Shown: positions 48,610 to 57,993, counted from the first letter of the stretch. The stretch is DNA of 64,000 bases from Candidatus Bathyarchaeia archaeon (GCA_049516875.1 JBEKSS010000003.1:174759-238758), one strand, 5' to 3'. Notes: generated by a model not told the origin, from the sequence alone. Program-made: numbers and translations.

Positions 48610-48692
48610 TCACATTGACATGCGTTGACATCTATTAAAGGCCTCTTGCACAAAAGTTATTTGGTGAGTCACCTTCTTGAAAGAAACAGAGA

Positions 48693-48956
48693 ATGATAAA
48701 GTTGAACGAGTATGAGACTTCCTTGTCAGAACGGCTTCTGATAAGCCTGCACAATCTATGTGCCACCAGCGGCGAAATGGCGAGAAAAAGCGAGGATTTA
48801 GCTCAGATTCTCCAGGCAGACATAAACGCGGTCAACCAGAACCTGGACAAGCACGTTTCCGACGGATACGTGGCCGCTTACAATGATCATGAGGGAAGCA
48901 GAAGATTCTACCTGACAAGTACAGGGATAATAAGAGTCTGTTCGCTTTTCAGCTGA
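48693..48956 (+). CDS. Stand-alone winged-helix protein homologous to the GT4 C-terminal domain
   Basis: 'LH.L.A....A....DLA.IL........L......GYV........RFYLT..GII.V.S.FS' shared with the 3' end of 47128-48609. Confidence 0.82.
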   Translation: MIKLNEYETSLSERLLISLHNLCATSGEMARKSEDLAQILQADINAVNQNLDKHVSDGYVAAYNDHEGSRRFYLTSTGIIRVCSLFS

Positions 48957-48971
48957 GGACGTGCGCGTTTC

Positions 48972-49595
48972 TTGCGAGTGATAATCTTCACGTGGGAATT
49001 CCCTCCAAGAATCGCCGGTCAACTTGCGTATTACGTGAATAGGCTTGCAGTCGAATTGATAAAGAAAAACGTCGACGTGTACGTCGTCACGTACAACAAT
49101 TCTTGGACTGGCTTTCACCAGGGCGCAGACGGCATAAAAGCCTACAGAATCTCGGACAAGGTTCAACCACAGATAAACGTCTTGACGTGGATGCTCAGTT
49201 TGAATCAGGAAGCTGAACGGGTTGCTGCAGACATCTATTATTCGATGAAACACGAGGTGAATCTCATAGACGCGCACGATTGGCACTTCATACCTGCCGC
49301 GGTGACTTTGAAGAGGGCGCTGAAGATTCCTTTTGTTTATTCAATAGACAGCATCGAACCTCACAGATCTCGAAACAGTGGCGCGCCCCTAAGCTCGTCC
49401 ATAAGAAGCATGGAGTCTCTAGGAATCTCTGAAGCCGCGAGGATCATAGTCAAATCCGAATGGATGAAGCAGGAATTGAAGCGCTACTACAACGCTCCAG
49501 ATAATGTGATAGAGGTTGTTTCGCCCGATTCTGAATCATGGATAGACGGGATCCTGGCGACGTATCAGAAGCGATTGGAGGTACCTGCCAGCTGA
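48972..49595 (+). CDS. GT4 N-terminal-domain-only protein
   Basis: TWEFPPRIAG and DAHDW; lacks the donor-binding domain (no GRL/EKG/EPFG). Confidence 0.85.
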   Translation: MRVIIFTWEFPPRIAGQLAYYVNRLAVELIKKNVDVYVVTYNNSWTGFHQGADGIKAYRISDKVQPQINVLTWMLSLNQEAERVAADIYYSMKHEVNLIDAHDWHFIPAAVTLKRALKIPFVYSIDSIEPHRSRNSGAPLSSSIRSMESLGISEAARIIVKSEWMKQELKRYYNAPDNVIEVVSPDSESWIDGILATYQKRLEVPAS

Positions 49596-50800
49596 GCAGA
49601 CAACTTCGAGTCGTAATGCTCTCGTGGGAGTTTCCGCCAAGGACAGTAGGCGGAATCGCCGCCCATCTGTTTAATCTGTCGCGAGAACTCGTGAAACTGG
49701 GCGTAGATACCCACATCGTAACGTGTGACTTTCCAGGAGCCCCAGAAAGTGAGGTAGTGAACGGTGCGCACGTGTTGAGAGTTGATTCGTACAAGACTCC
49801 TTCTCCAGACTTTGCGACTTGGGATTCCTTGATGAATGTGAACATGCAAAAAGAAACCGCAGCTCTAATCAGCAGTCTCAGCGGTCAAGTTGACATCATA
49901 CACGCCCATGATTGGCTGGTCGCCAACGCCGCTCTAGGCCTCAAACACGTTTTCAGAATCCCACTTGCAGCCACGATACACTCCACCGAAATCGGCAGGA
50001 GGAACGGGCTTCACACAGACTATGAAAGGATGATTCATCAAACCGAAAACTGGCTTGCTCATGAATCTTGGCGAGTTGTGTGCTGCAGCCAGTACATGTC
50101 AGAGCAGGTGAGGTGGGCCTACGGTCTTTCGCGGGATAGGGTGACGGTTATTCCAAACGGTGTCGATGTTAGCGTGTATGAGGAGGAGTTTGACAGAGCC
50201 GAGTTCAGAAAGAGATTCGCGTGGCCTGAAGAGAAGATTGTACTCTTTGTGGGCCGCTTAGTCTATGAAAAGGGCGTGCAGACTTTAATCAGCGCTATCC
50301 CGAAAGTCCTGTCCAGAGTGAATGCAAAATTCGTAGTCGTCGGTGAGGGAGGCATGAAGGATTCTCTGATGCGGCAAGTGGCAAACATGCGTCTTGCGCA
50401 CAAGATCATGTTCACAGGCTTTCTCGACGAGGAAAGTCTCAGAAAGCTGTATCAAATCGCTGATGTCTGCGTCGTGCCTTCCCTGTATGAACCATTCGGC
50501 ATAACCGCCCTCGAAGCGATGGCCGCGAAGACGCCGCTAGTCGCCTCAAACACGGGAGGTCTCTCCGAAATCGTTGAGCACGACAAAACAGGAACCAAAA
50601 TCTTCGTGGGCAACGCGGATTCAGTTGCTTGGGGAATAACAAGAGTGCTACTGGACCCAGGATACGCTAACTGGATCAAGCTCAACGCCTACCAGAAGAC
50701 GCTAGAAGTCTACGATTGGGCCAAGATAGCGAAACAAACAAAGGAATATTATGAGCAGATACTCAAAGAATACGATGGTGGCTCTTGGAAACCTACATGA
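49538..50800 (+). CDS. GT4 glycosyltransferase (Rv3032/glycogen-synthase-like)
   Basis: SWEFPPRTVGG, HAHDW, FVGRLVYEKG and YEPFGITALE; probable start is CTG 49592. Confidence 0.93.
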   Translation: MDRRDPGDVSEAIGGTCQLSRQLRVVMLSWEFPPRTVGGIAAHLFNLSRELVKLGVDTHIVTCDFPGAPESEVVNGAHVLRVDSYKTPSPDFATWDSLMNVNMQKETAALISSLSGQVDIIHAHDWLVANAALGLKHVFRIPLAATIHSTEIGRRNGLHTDYERMIHQTENWLAHESWRVVCCSQYMSEQVRWAYGLSRDRVTVIPNGVDVSVYEEEFDRAEFRKRFAWPEEKIVLFVGRLVYEKGVQTLISAIPKVLSRVNAKFVVVGEGGMKDSLMRQVANMRLAHKIMFTGFLDEESLRKLYQIADVCVVPSLYEPFGITALEAMAAKTPLVASNTGGLSEIVEHDKTGTKIFVGNADSVAWGITRVLLDPGYANWIKLNAYQKTLEVYDWAKIAKQTKEYYEQILKEYDGGSWKPT

Positions 50801-52010
50801 TTCCGCAAAGCCTTGACACTTCATTGATTTTTTCCCTAGCTTTGAGGGAGCAGACGACTGATCGATCAAGCCAGTCTTTGCTGCCCCACCAGAAATTATC
50901 GCTTGCCTCCGCCATGAGAAGCCAACGCCAAGCCTGATCCAGTGCATTATTCGCTTCTGGTGAACAGTTCACCTTTCTGGATGCTATTTTTTCTTCCGCT
51001 TCACGGACTGATGCGCTCGCCTCTAGAATGCGCGCCCAAGTCCTTTGCCTCTCTTCGCCCCCTGTCCACTTTAGGAACCTGCCGTCATCAAACGTGTCTG
51101 GCACGTTCCAGCTTCCATCCTCAACGGCCACGGTGTCTTTCGGCGGATGGTCAGCGAGATATTCGGTTATAGTTGTCAATTTGATGAACTGGAAATCAGG
51201 ATCTTTTTTCAGAAGATAGAGAAGAGGTTCGAAGAACCATCCCCAGAACCCCGCGTTCTCTCCGGAGTGGCGGAACCACCCGTTTTCACCGTCAGTAGCT
51301 ACGGTCAACAAGAACTCTCCATCGTTGTTTGCTTCGATTCCCCTTTCAATCTCGTGTCTGAGCCAGACGGGGTTGTAGCCGCTTTGTTGAGCGATGCTGA
51401 TCATTCTGTCTCGGGGGATCACGATTATGCGGTGTCCATCATACTCCGCAAAATGGGGTTTGTACAGGAGCTGATACGAGTTCTCGTTCTTGTTGGCGTT
51501 GACGATGTGAGGGCCGTCAACTATCGTCCATTTTACACCATTCCTTGCCAGCACGGGAATTACCTTGGGGCTGAACGCGAGTTCAGGAAGCCAGAATCCT
51601 TCAGGTCTCGTTCCGAAAGTTCGCTCAAAGAGACTCAGATGTTCTTCAACCTGTTTCAGCTGGTCAGCCTCCGGTATAAGTGGGAATATGGGATGAAAAT
51701 AGCCGCAACCCGTAAACTCTGCTCTCCCGAGCGTGTGCGTCTCCTTGTATCTGTCCCATAATCCGTTCAACCTTGAATCGAAACCAACGCTTGCGAACTC
51801 ATTCAGTTGTTCAATCAAGCTGCCTGTGAAGTTCAGAGTAATCCTCGCGTTCTCATCCTTCCTCAGCACGTCTGAGGGATACGTGTATGGATGGAGTGTC
51901 TGGTTGAAAACGTCGCGGGCCATCTCCGACTCGTACGTCGGGCCGTTGAAGTTGTAACGCGGCTGATGCATGTGTAAAACCAGAGCAAAATGCAAAGGTT
52001 GCTTTTCCAT
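50793..52010 (-). CDS. Short GH57 glycoside hydrolase
   Basis: LHMHQP, GYFHPIFPL, GFWLPEL, TDGENG and AEASDNFWW. Confidence 0.88.
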   Translation of the reverse strand: MEKQPLHFALVLHMHQPRYNFNGPTYESEMARDVFNQTLHPYTYPSDVLRKDENARITLNFTGSLIEQLNEFASVGFDSRLNGLWDRYKETHTLGRAEFTGCGYFHPIFPLIPEADQLKQVEEHLSLFERTFGTRPEGFWLPELAFSPKVIPVLARNGVKWTIVDGPHIVNANKNENSYQLLYKPHFAEYDGHRIIVIPRDRMISIAQQSGYNPVWLRHEIERGIEANNDGEFLLTVATDGENGWFRHSGENAGFWGWFFEPLLYLLKKDPDFQFIKLTTITEYLADHPPKDTVAVEDGSWNVPDTFDDGRFLKWTGGEERQRTWARILEASASVREAEEKIASRKVNCSPEANNALDQAWRWLLMAEASDNFWWGSKDWLDRSVVCSLKAREKINEVSRLCGIM

Positions 52011-52094
52011 TCTACTGCACCCAGACTCAATTGCAAGTTGAAAGATAAAGTTATTATGGTAGATGCCCACTATCTGAAGCTCGAGGTGCTTTCT

Positions 52095-52658
52095 GTGCCT
52101 GAATTCTCGCAAGATGAGATTGTTGTCTTAAAAAAGGTTAATGCGCTGGGGAAAGCAACGTCTGGCAGTCTTGCGCGGGAGCTGGGAGAACCCTACACCG
52201 CTCAGGACTTGTCTGTCTACCTGAAATCGTTGGAACAGAAGACGCTTCTGAGCAAGACACAAGAAAATCCCCCTGCTTACCAGTTGACTCCTCTCGGACT
52301 TATAGCCATAGGAGTGCTGCCCGAAAGTGCAAAGAAGGTTTACTCGGCACTGCCTCAGGAAAAATGCTTCTACTTCTACACCGGGGTCGGACCAGACAAG
52401 TTCACGAAAATGTCGGCTTGCAGCCTTTCAGATTTTAAGGAAAAGGCGAAGAGGGTTGATTCGAAATCGTTGGAGTTTCACGTTGAGAGAGGCGACATTG
52501 CAAAATGGTGCAAGGATGTTTTGGGCGATGCAGAGTTGGCCAAAGAGTTTGAGCTCTTGAAAACATCGAACCTCCACGGTGAAGTGCTCAGGACCAGTAT
52601 AACAGGGTTGATAGACGCTCGCATCGAGAAACTGACTTACCGCAGAAGCCGCATCTGA
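52095..52658 (+). CDS. Winged-helix + DUF5752-like fusion protein
   Basis: RBS gaggtg then GTG 52095; wHTH ('YQLTPLG') followed by 'CFYFYTG...A.SL.DF......SLEFH..RGDI.KW..DVLGD.ELA'. Confidence 0.8.
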   Translation: MPEFSQDEIVVLKKVNALGKATSGSLARELGEPYTAQDLSVYLKSLEQKTLLSKTQENPPAYQLTPLGLIAIGVLPESAKKVYSALPQEKCFYFYTGVGPDKFTKMSACSLSDFKEKAKRVDSKSLEFHVERGDIAKWCKDVLGDAELAKEFELLKTSNLHGEVLRTSITGLIDARIEKLTYRRSRI

Positions 52659-52691
52659 TCTTGCAAATCTATCCCTGCCAGTGGTTCGCTG

Positions 52692-53318
52692 ATGCGTGTT
52701 CTGCTGCTTAGCTGGGAATATCCGCCCAAACGCTTGGGAAACATCGCCGACCACGTGAGCACGCTCGCCCATGAGCTTGTCAGACGAGGAAACAAGGTCG
52801 AACTGGTAGTTCTGGACGATTTGAAGCAAGGGTTCGAAGACGTTTCCGGCGTCCACGTCCACAGAGTTGTTAACCCTGTCAAAACTCACCCGATGGCAAG
52901 CATACTCAGTTATGATGTCACAGCTTCGCTGCAGATGGAAACCGAATCCTCAAACATCATTTATTTCTATAAACAACTGGGGAAAAGTGTAGATCTAGTA
53001 CATGCTCACGAGTGGCTTACGACATATCCCGCCATCGTTCTCAAACACGCTTTTCACATCCCTTTCGTAATGACCTTTCATTCAATCGAAGGGCATCGGT
53101 GTCATGACCATTTCAATACGACCAGCTTGGCAATCAAAGAAATCGAAGACATGGGGTTATGGGAATCTAACAAAGTGATCACTAACACTGACTGGCTGAA
53201 AAGGGAGATATTGAGGTATTATGGTGAAGGCCACAACGAGAAAATAAGGGTAATCTGGCCTGTTGGCCCGAACTGGGTTGATGAAGTCACTTCTGTATAC
53301 AACAGGGCTATAGCATGA
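52692..53318 (+). CDS. GT4 N-terminal-domain-only protein (second)
   Basis: SWEYPPKRLG, HAHEW and TFHSIE; lacks the donor-binding domain. Confidence 0.85.
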   Translation: MRVLLLSWEYPPKRLGNIADHVSTLAHELVRRGNKVELVVLDDLKQGFEDVSGVHVHRVVNPVKTHPMASILSYDVTASLQMETESSNIIYFYKQLGKSVDLVHAHEWLTTYPAIVLKHAFHIPFVMTFHSIEGHRCHDHFNTTSLAIKEIEDMGLWESNKVITNTDWLKREILRYYGEGHNEKIRVIWPVGPNWVDEVTSVYNRAIA

Positions 53319-54524
53319 GTGATGTGGATGCGGGTTCTTCATCTGTCATGGGAATTTCCTCCTCGAATAATAGGAGGCATAGCTTCACATGTTTTTGATC
53401 TTTCGAGGGCCCTCGCTCGCAGGGGCTTAGAAGTAAATGTTATGACATGCAACTTTCCTGGTGCAAAGAAGTTCGAGAACATCGACGGGGTTAACGTCAA
53501 CAGGTTTGAAGCGTATGCCACTGGAGACTCTTTCTTGGGATGGGCCCTTCGAATGCAGAAGAACATGGAGATCAGCAGCAGCGACCTGATCAGCGGAACT
53601 GGAGGATTTAACATTATCCATGCGCACGATTGGCTTTCCGGTGTCGCCGGCATCGGACTGAAGTATTTGTACAGAAAACCCTTGGTTACGACGGTGCACA
53701 GTACAGAATATGGTAGAAGAACGGGAATTCACAATGATCTTCAAGCTTCGATTCATGAAATTGAGGGCTGGATCACCTTTGAATCTTGGCGGGTGATCAC
53801 CTGTTCGTATTATATGCGTAGCCACGTCGCTTGGTGTTTCCACATGCCTGAAAGCAAGATATCCGTTATACCCAACGGGGTCGACGTTACAAAATTCAGC
53901 TTCAGCTTCAATTATTGGAATGTCAGGAATCGATTTGCGCACGAATCCGAGAGAATCTTACTGTTCGTAGGGAGACTCGTTCCCGAAAAAGGCTTGGACA
54001 CCCTCATCAACGCGTTACCTATGATCCTTGCTGGCGGTGTAAACGTCAAATTAGTCGTGGTTGGAGAGGGGCCTCAAAAAGAAATGTATCAGGGGATGGC
54101 CAGCGATTACGGTTTGCGTGAAAAAGTATTGTTTGCAGGATACATTGACGATTGGACTTTAAGAGCCCTGTATCGCGTAGCAGATGTGACTGTGGTTCCA
54201 TCGAAATTCGAACCTTTCGGCATAGTGGCACTCGAAGCCATGGCGGCTCATTGTCCCCTAGTGACGACGTCTACCGGTGGACTGAGTGAAATCGTAGATG
54301 ACGGCGGCACAGGCTTGAAGGTTCCAATAGATGATTCCCCTGCCTTGGCAGGGGCAATTCTCAGGATTGTTAGAGACGTTGGGTTCAGAAACTATGTAGT
54401 AGAGAACGCATATCGGAAGTGCCTGTGGAACTACAACTGGGACAAAATCGCAGAATGGACAAGTGGAGTTTACGATGCGGTTCTGAACGAGTACACTAAT
54501 AGCGCGTGGAAGCCATCTGGTTGA
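53319..54524 (+). CDS. GT4 glycosyltransferase (Rv3032/glycogen-synthase-like)
   Basis: SWEFPPRIIGG, HAHDW, FVGRLVPEKG and FEPFGIVALE. Confidence 0.93.
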   Translation: MMWMRVLHLSWEFPPRIIGGIASHVFDLSRALARRGLEVNVMTCNFPGAKKFENIDGVNVNRFEAYATGDSFLGWALRMQKNMEISSSDLISGTGGFNIIHAHDWLSGVAGIGLKYLYRKPLVTTVHSTEYGRRTGIHNDLQASIHEIEGWITFESWRVITCSYYMRSHVAWCFHMPESKISVIPNGVDVTKFSFSFNYWNVRNRFAHESERILLFVGRLVPEKGLDTLINALPMILAGGVNVKLVVVGEGPQKEMYQGMASDYGLREKVLFAGYIDDWTLRALYRVADVTVVPSKFEPFGIVALEAMAAHCPLVTTSTGGLSEIVDDGGTGLKVPIDDSPALAGAILRIVRDVGFRNYVVENAYRKCLWNYNWDKIAEWTSGVYDAVLNEYTNSAWKPSG

Positions 54525-54548
54525 ATATACAACGCGTTAGGTTTCTTC

Positions 54549-55772
54549 TCAACATTCCTCTTCCATTTTTTGATATGCGTATTCTATCATTCTTTCTCCC
54601 TGGTCGAACCAGAAGCTGCTGTTCCAGTACACGTAGCAACTCGTCTCAGCCATGAGAAGTGCTTTCAGCGCCTCCTCGCTTCTTGAGGCTTTTGCTTTCG
54701 GGTCGTGAAATCTGCCACTTAGCTCTTCTATCTTCCTCTTCATCTCCAACTGCTTGTCTCCACCGTTCCAGTGTGAATGGCTCCCTAACCATGAGCCTCC
54801 AATAGTTTGCAGCTCAATCTCACTGTCCGGAGGATATTCTTTGAGGTACTGAGTAATGGTCATTGAAGAAACTTCGCTGTTCAGTTTTTCTCTGAAAAAT
54901 GGGATGAACGTGTCGGAAAAGAAATGGTTCATCATGACGTTTCCGTTCTCGCCGTCAGATGCTGGAACAATCAGCGCGGGGCACTTTCTACCGGCTTTTT
55001 CTGAAATGCGTGCGGCTTCGATGCATTTGTTGTATATTCCGTTTGCATCGCATCCTGCCTGTTGATCGACAAAATTGTACTTTGGCCTGAAAATCACGGT
55101 CATCTCTTCGCCCTCGGTCCTAAGAACGTGGGGGCGGCTGAAAATTTCCACGTGCTTTTCATGTGACAATGTTCTCTCAGCCTTCACAGCTTCGATTGGT
55201 AGAATCAGCCAGTCATATCCCCTGCTCTTCAACAACTTCACAAGTCCACTCAGTCTCTCAGCAGCTGGAACGCCCATCTCCGGTAGCCAGAATCCTTTGA
55301 CCCTTTTAATCGATTCGGGACCAAAAAGCGAACAGAATACTTTTCTCCAGAAATCAACCTGTTGTTCCCAGTCTTCTTCGGGAGTCACAGGGAAATAACA
55401 GTGAGCGTACGCTGTCCCGGAAAACTCTATGGAATCGGGAAATTCATGAAGCACTTGCCTCCACAGCTCGATTACGTCTCCTATTACGTTACCATCCACG
55501 TCCTCTTGGGGATGCAGCCCCTTCATCTGGTTGAGATTTTCAAGGAGGAGTCCGGAGAAATCGACTGCAACCCTCGGATGCTTTCCTTCACCTTCAAGGT
55601 TTCTGACCCAGAAAGCAGGGTTTCTATACGCCCTCGCTATGAGTCTCCCATCCCACTGATCTCTCGAGTCATCAGAACTGAGCATTTTTTCCAGGTTGCC
55701 TATGATCTCATTATCATCAGCGAACACCATCGGCTGATGCATGTGTAACCAGGGCAGGTATGCGGCTTTCAT
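54549..55772 (-). CDS. Short GH57 glycoside hydrolase (second)
   Basis: LHMHQP, AYAHCYFP, GFWLPEMG, SDGENG and AETSCYVYW. Confidence 0.88.
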   Translation of the reverse strand: MKAAYLPWLHMHQPMVFADDNEIIGNLEKMLSSDDSRDQWDGRLIARAYRNPAFWVRNLEGEGKHPRVAVDFSGLLLENLNQMKGLHPQEDVDGNVIGDVIELWRQVLHEFPDSIEFSGTAYAHCYFPVTPEEDWEQQVDFWRKVFCSLFGPESIKRVKGFWLPEMGVPAAERLSGLVKLLKSRGYDWLILPIEAVKAERTLSHEKHVEIFSRPHVLRTEGEEMTVIFRPKYNFVDQQAGCDANGIYNKCIEAARISEKAGRKCPALIVPASDGENGNVMMNHFFSDTFIPFFREKLNSEVSSMTITQYLKEYPPDSEIELQTIGGSWLGSHSHWNGGDKQLEMKRKIEELSGRFHDPKAKASRSEEALKALLMAETSCYVYWNSSFWFDQGERMIEYAYQKMEEEC

Positions 55773-56072
55773 ATCTAAGCCCAGTTAAGTTAAGAAGCCG
55801 AAATATAATGCTTTAGAAACGAATCCAGCAGACTCTGCATCGGAAATAGAAGAAGAAGGAATGTCTGAAAGATGTTTCCACTGCGAGAATTAGTCCAGCC
55901 TGGACTGGGGGCCCAAGCGCTAGATTGTTCTGGGTTGCGTGTTTAAATGTAGAGACTGAGCTAGCGTGCGTTAGAACATGAATTGTTCTACGTGGAGGCA
56001 TGCTTTTAGGGACAGTTAATCTTAAACGTTGCAGCATGAAACAATAAATGCATTATTTAGAGGTGAACAAAC

Positions 56073-56483
56073 ATGGTGAAAGTAGATGGGCACGAAGTGC
56101 CTGAAGGATTATACTACACAAAAGAGTTTGAATGGCTCAAAATCGAAGGCGACAAAGTCAGAGTGGGCATAACAGACTACGCTCAGAAACAGCTCCGGGA
56201 AATCGTTTATGCGGAACTGCCAAGTCCTGGAACGACTACAAAGCAGAATGACCCCTATGGCACAGTGGAATCCGTCAAAGCCGTATCAGACCTAGTGGCG
56301 CCAATAAGCGGAACGATAGAACAAGTGAATGCGGAAGTCCAGTCGAAACCTGAAACGCTTAACGAAGACCCATACAATAAAGGATGGCTGCTAATCGTGA
56401 AGCCTTCAAACCTTCAAGCAGAACTGTCCAATCTTATGGACTTCAACAAAGCGGTTGAGTGGCACAAGACTCTGCAAAAGTGA
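56073..56483 (+). CDS. gcvH: Glycine cleavage H protein (lipoyl carrier)
   Basis: VGITDYAQ, VESVKAVSD (lipoyl-Lys) and NEDPY..GWL. Confidence 0.95.
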   Translation: MVKVDGHEVPEGLYYTKEFEWLKIEGDKVRVGITDYAQKQLREIVYAELPSPGTTTKQNDPYGTVESVKAVSDLVAPISGTIEQVNAEVQSKPETLNEDPYNKGWLLIVKPSNLQAELSNLMDFNKAVEWHKTLQK

Positions 56484-56494
56484 AGGAAGAACAA

Positions 56495-57841
56495 ATGCCT
56501 AAACGCATAGTGATCATCGGTGCACACGCCGCGGGCGTAGACGCTGCCTCTGCAGCCAGAAAGACTGATCGCACCGCTGAAATCACGCTTCTAACCGAAG
56601 AAAAATATCCTGGATATTCGCGTTGCGGTCTTCCATTTGTGATAGGCGGCCAGATACCGAACTTCAAGGACCTGATCGTTTTTCCGCAAGCTTTCTTCCA
56701 GATGATGAAGCTTGACCTCAGAACCGAGACCAAAGCCACAGTCATAAACACTCAAAACAAAACAGTCGAAACCGTGGACAAGGGCGGCAAGACTGAAACC
56801 ATACCGTACGACAGCCTTATCATATCCACAGGAGCAAGCTCTTTCATACCGCCTATTAAGGGCAAAGAAAAGCAGGGCATATGCTCACTTCGAACACTTG
56901 ATGACGGCGAAAGGATCGCCAACGCCGTCAAGAACGGAGCAAAAACCGCGATAATCATGGGAGCCGGGCTTATCGGCCTCGAAACAGGCATCGCGTTGCA
57001 CGAGAAAGGACTGAAAGTAACGGTTGTCGAAATGTTGCCACAGGTCCTGCCCCAAGCCCTTGATGCTGAAATGGCAAAGATAATCCAAGAAAAGCTTGAA
57101 CAAAAAGGAATCAACATCCTACTCGGTAAGACTGTGGAAGAATTTCTCGGAACCGACAGCGTGACGGGCATCCTTGCGGGAGGCGAACAGATAAACGCAG
57201 ATTTGTTCGTGAGCGCGTTCGGGGTGAGAGCAAACACTCAGCTTGCAGCAGGCGCTGGGATAACCTTGGGAGAGACGAAAGCCATCAAAACTAACGCGCG
57301 GATGGAGACAAGCGCCAAGGACGTTTACGCGATTGGTGATTGCGCAGAGACGATAAACATAGTGACTCAGAGACCGGCTCTGCCGCAGTTGGGCACGGTG
57401 GCTGTGAGGCAGGGTAAAGTTGCGGGGACTAACGCGGCGGGCGGGTATTCGCTTTTCACGGGTGCTCTTGGCTCGGCTGTTTCAAGGTTGTTTGACACTG
57501 ATTGCGGTTGGACGGGGCTTACTGAGGTTGCGGCGCAAAGGGCGAGGTTTGAAACCATAGCGGGCACGATTTCTTCAAAAACGAAGGCTGATTACTATCC
57601 GGGGGCTTTGCCGATAAAGGTCAAGCTTGTGGTGGAGAAGGAGTCTCAGCACATAGTCGGAGCTCAAATCATCGGCGGGGAAGAAGTGACCCAGAGAATC
57701 AACGCCATATCGTTAGCCATACAGAGGCAGATGACGGCGAGAGATCTGGTGAAAGCAGACACTGCTTATGCGCCGCCGCTCTGCGAGACCTGGGAACCTA
57801 TAGTCCTAGCGGCCGAAATGGTCCTTATGAAACTTCGTTAA
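56495..57841 (+). CDS. NADH oxidase / CoA-disulfide reductase family flavoprotein
   Basis: GAHAAG, YSRCGLP (single redox Cys), GAGLIGLE, YAIGDC and YAPP. Confidence 0.92.
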   Translation: MPKRIVIIGAHAAGVDAASAARKTDRTAEITLLTEEKYPGYSRCGLPFVIGGQIPNFKDLIVFPQAFFQMMKLDLRTETKATVINTQNKTVETVDKGGKTETIPYDSLIISTGASSFIPPIKGKEKQGICSLRTLDDGERIANAVKNGAKTAIIMGAGLIGLETGIALHEKGLKVTVVEMLPQVLPQALDAEMAKIIQEKLEQKGINILLGKTVEEFLGTDSVTGILAGGEQINADLFVSAFGVRANTQLAAGAGITLGETKAIKTNARMETSAKDVYAIGDCAETINIVTQRPALPQLGTVAVRQGKVAGTNAAGGYSLFTGALGSAVSRLFDTDCGWTGLTEVAAQRARFETIAGTISSKTKADYYPGALPIKVKLVVEKESQHIVGAQIIGGEEVTQRINAISLAIQRQMTARDLVKADTAYAPPLCETWEPIVLAAEMVLMKLR

Positions 57842-57993
57842 CAACCACACCTTTTTCTTCACCAAGAACAGTTTTGTGTTCCAATTCAGCAACGCCCTAG
57901 CATGCGGACTGATATTCGCGTGTGTTTCTATTTGTTACAGCCAACGATCCGTGCATGCGTTGAGGTGCTGAATGAGGAAGTCTTAAAGAAAGA

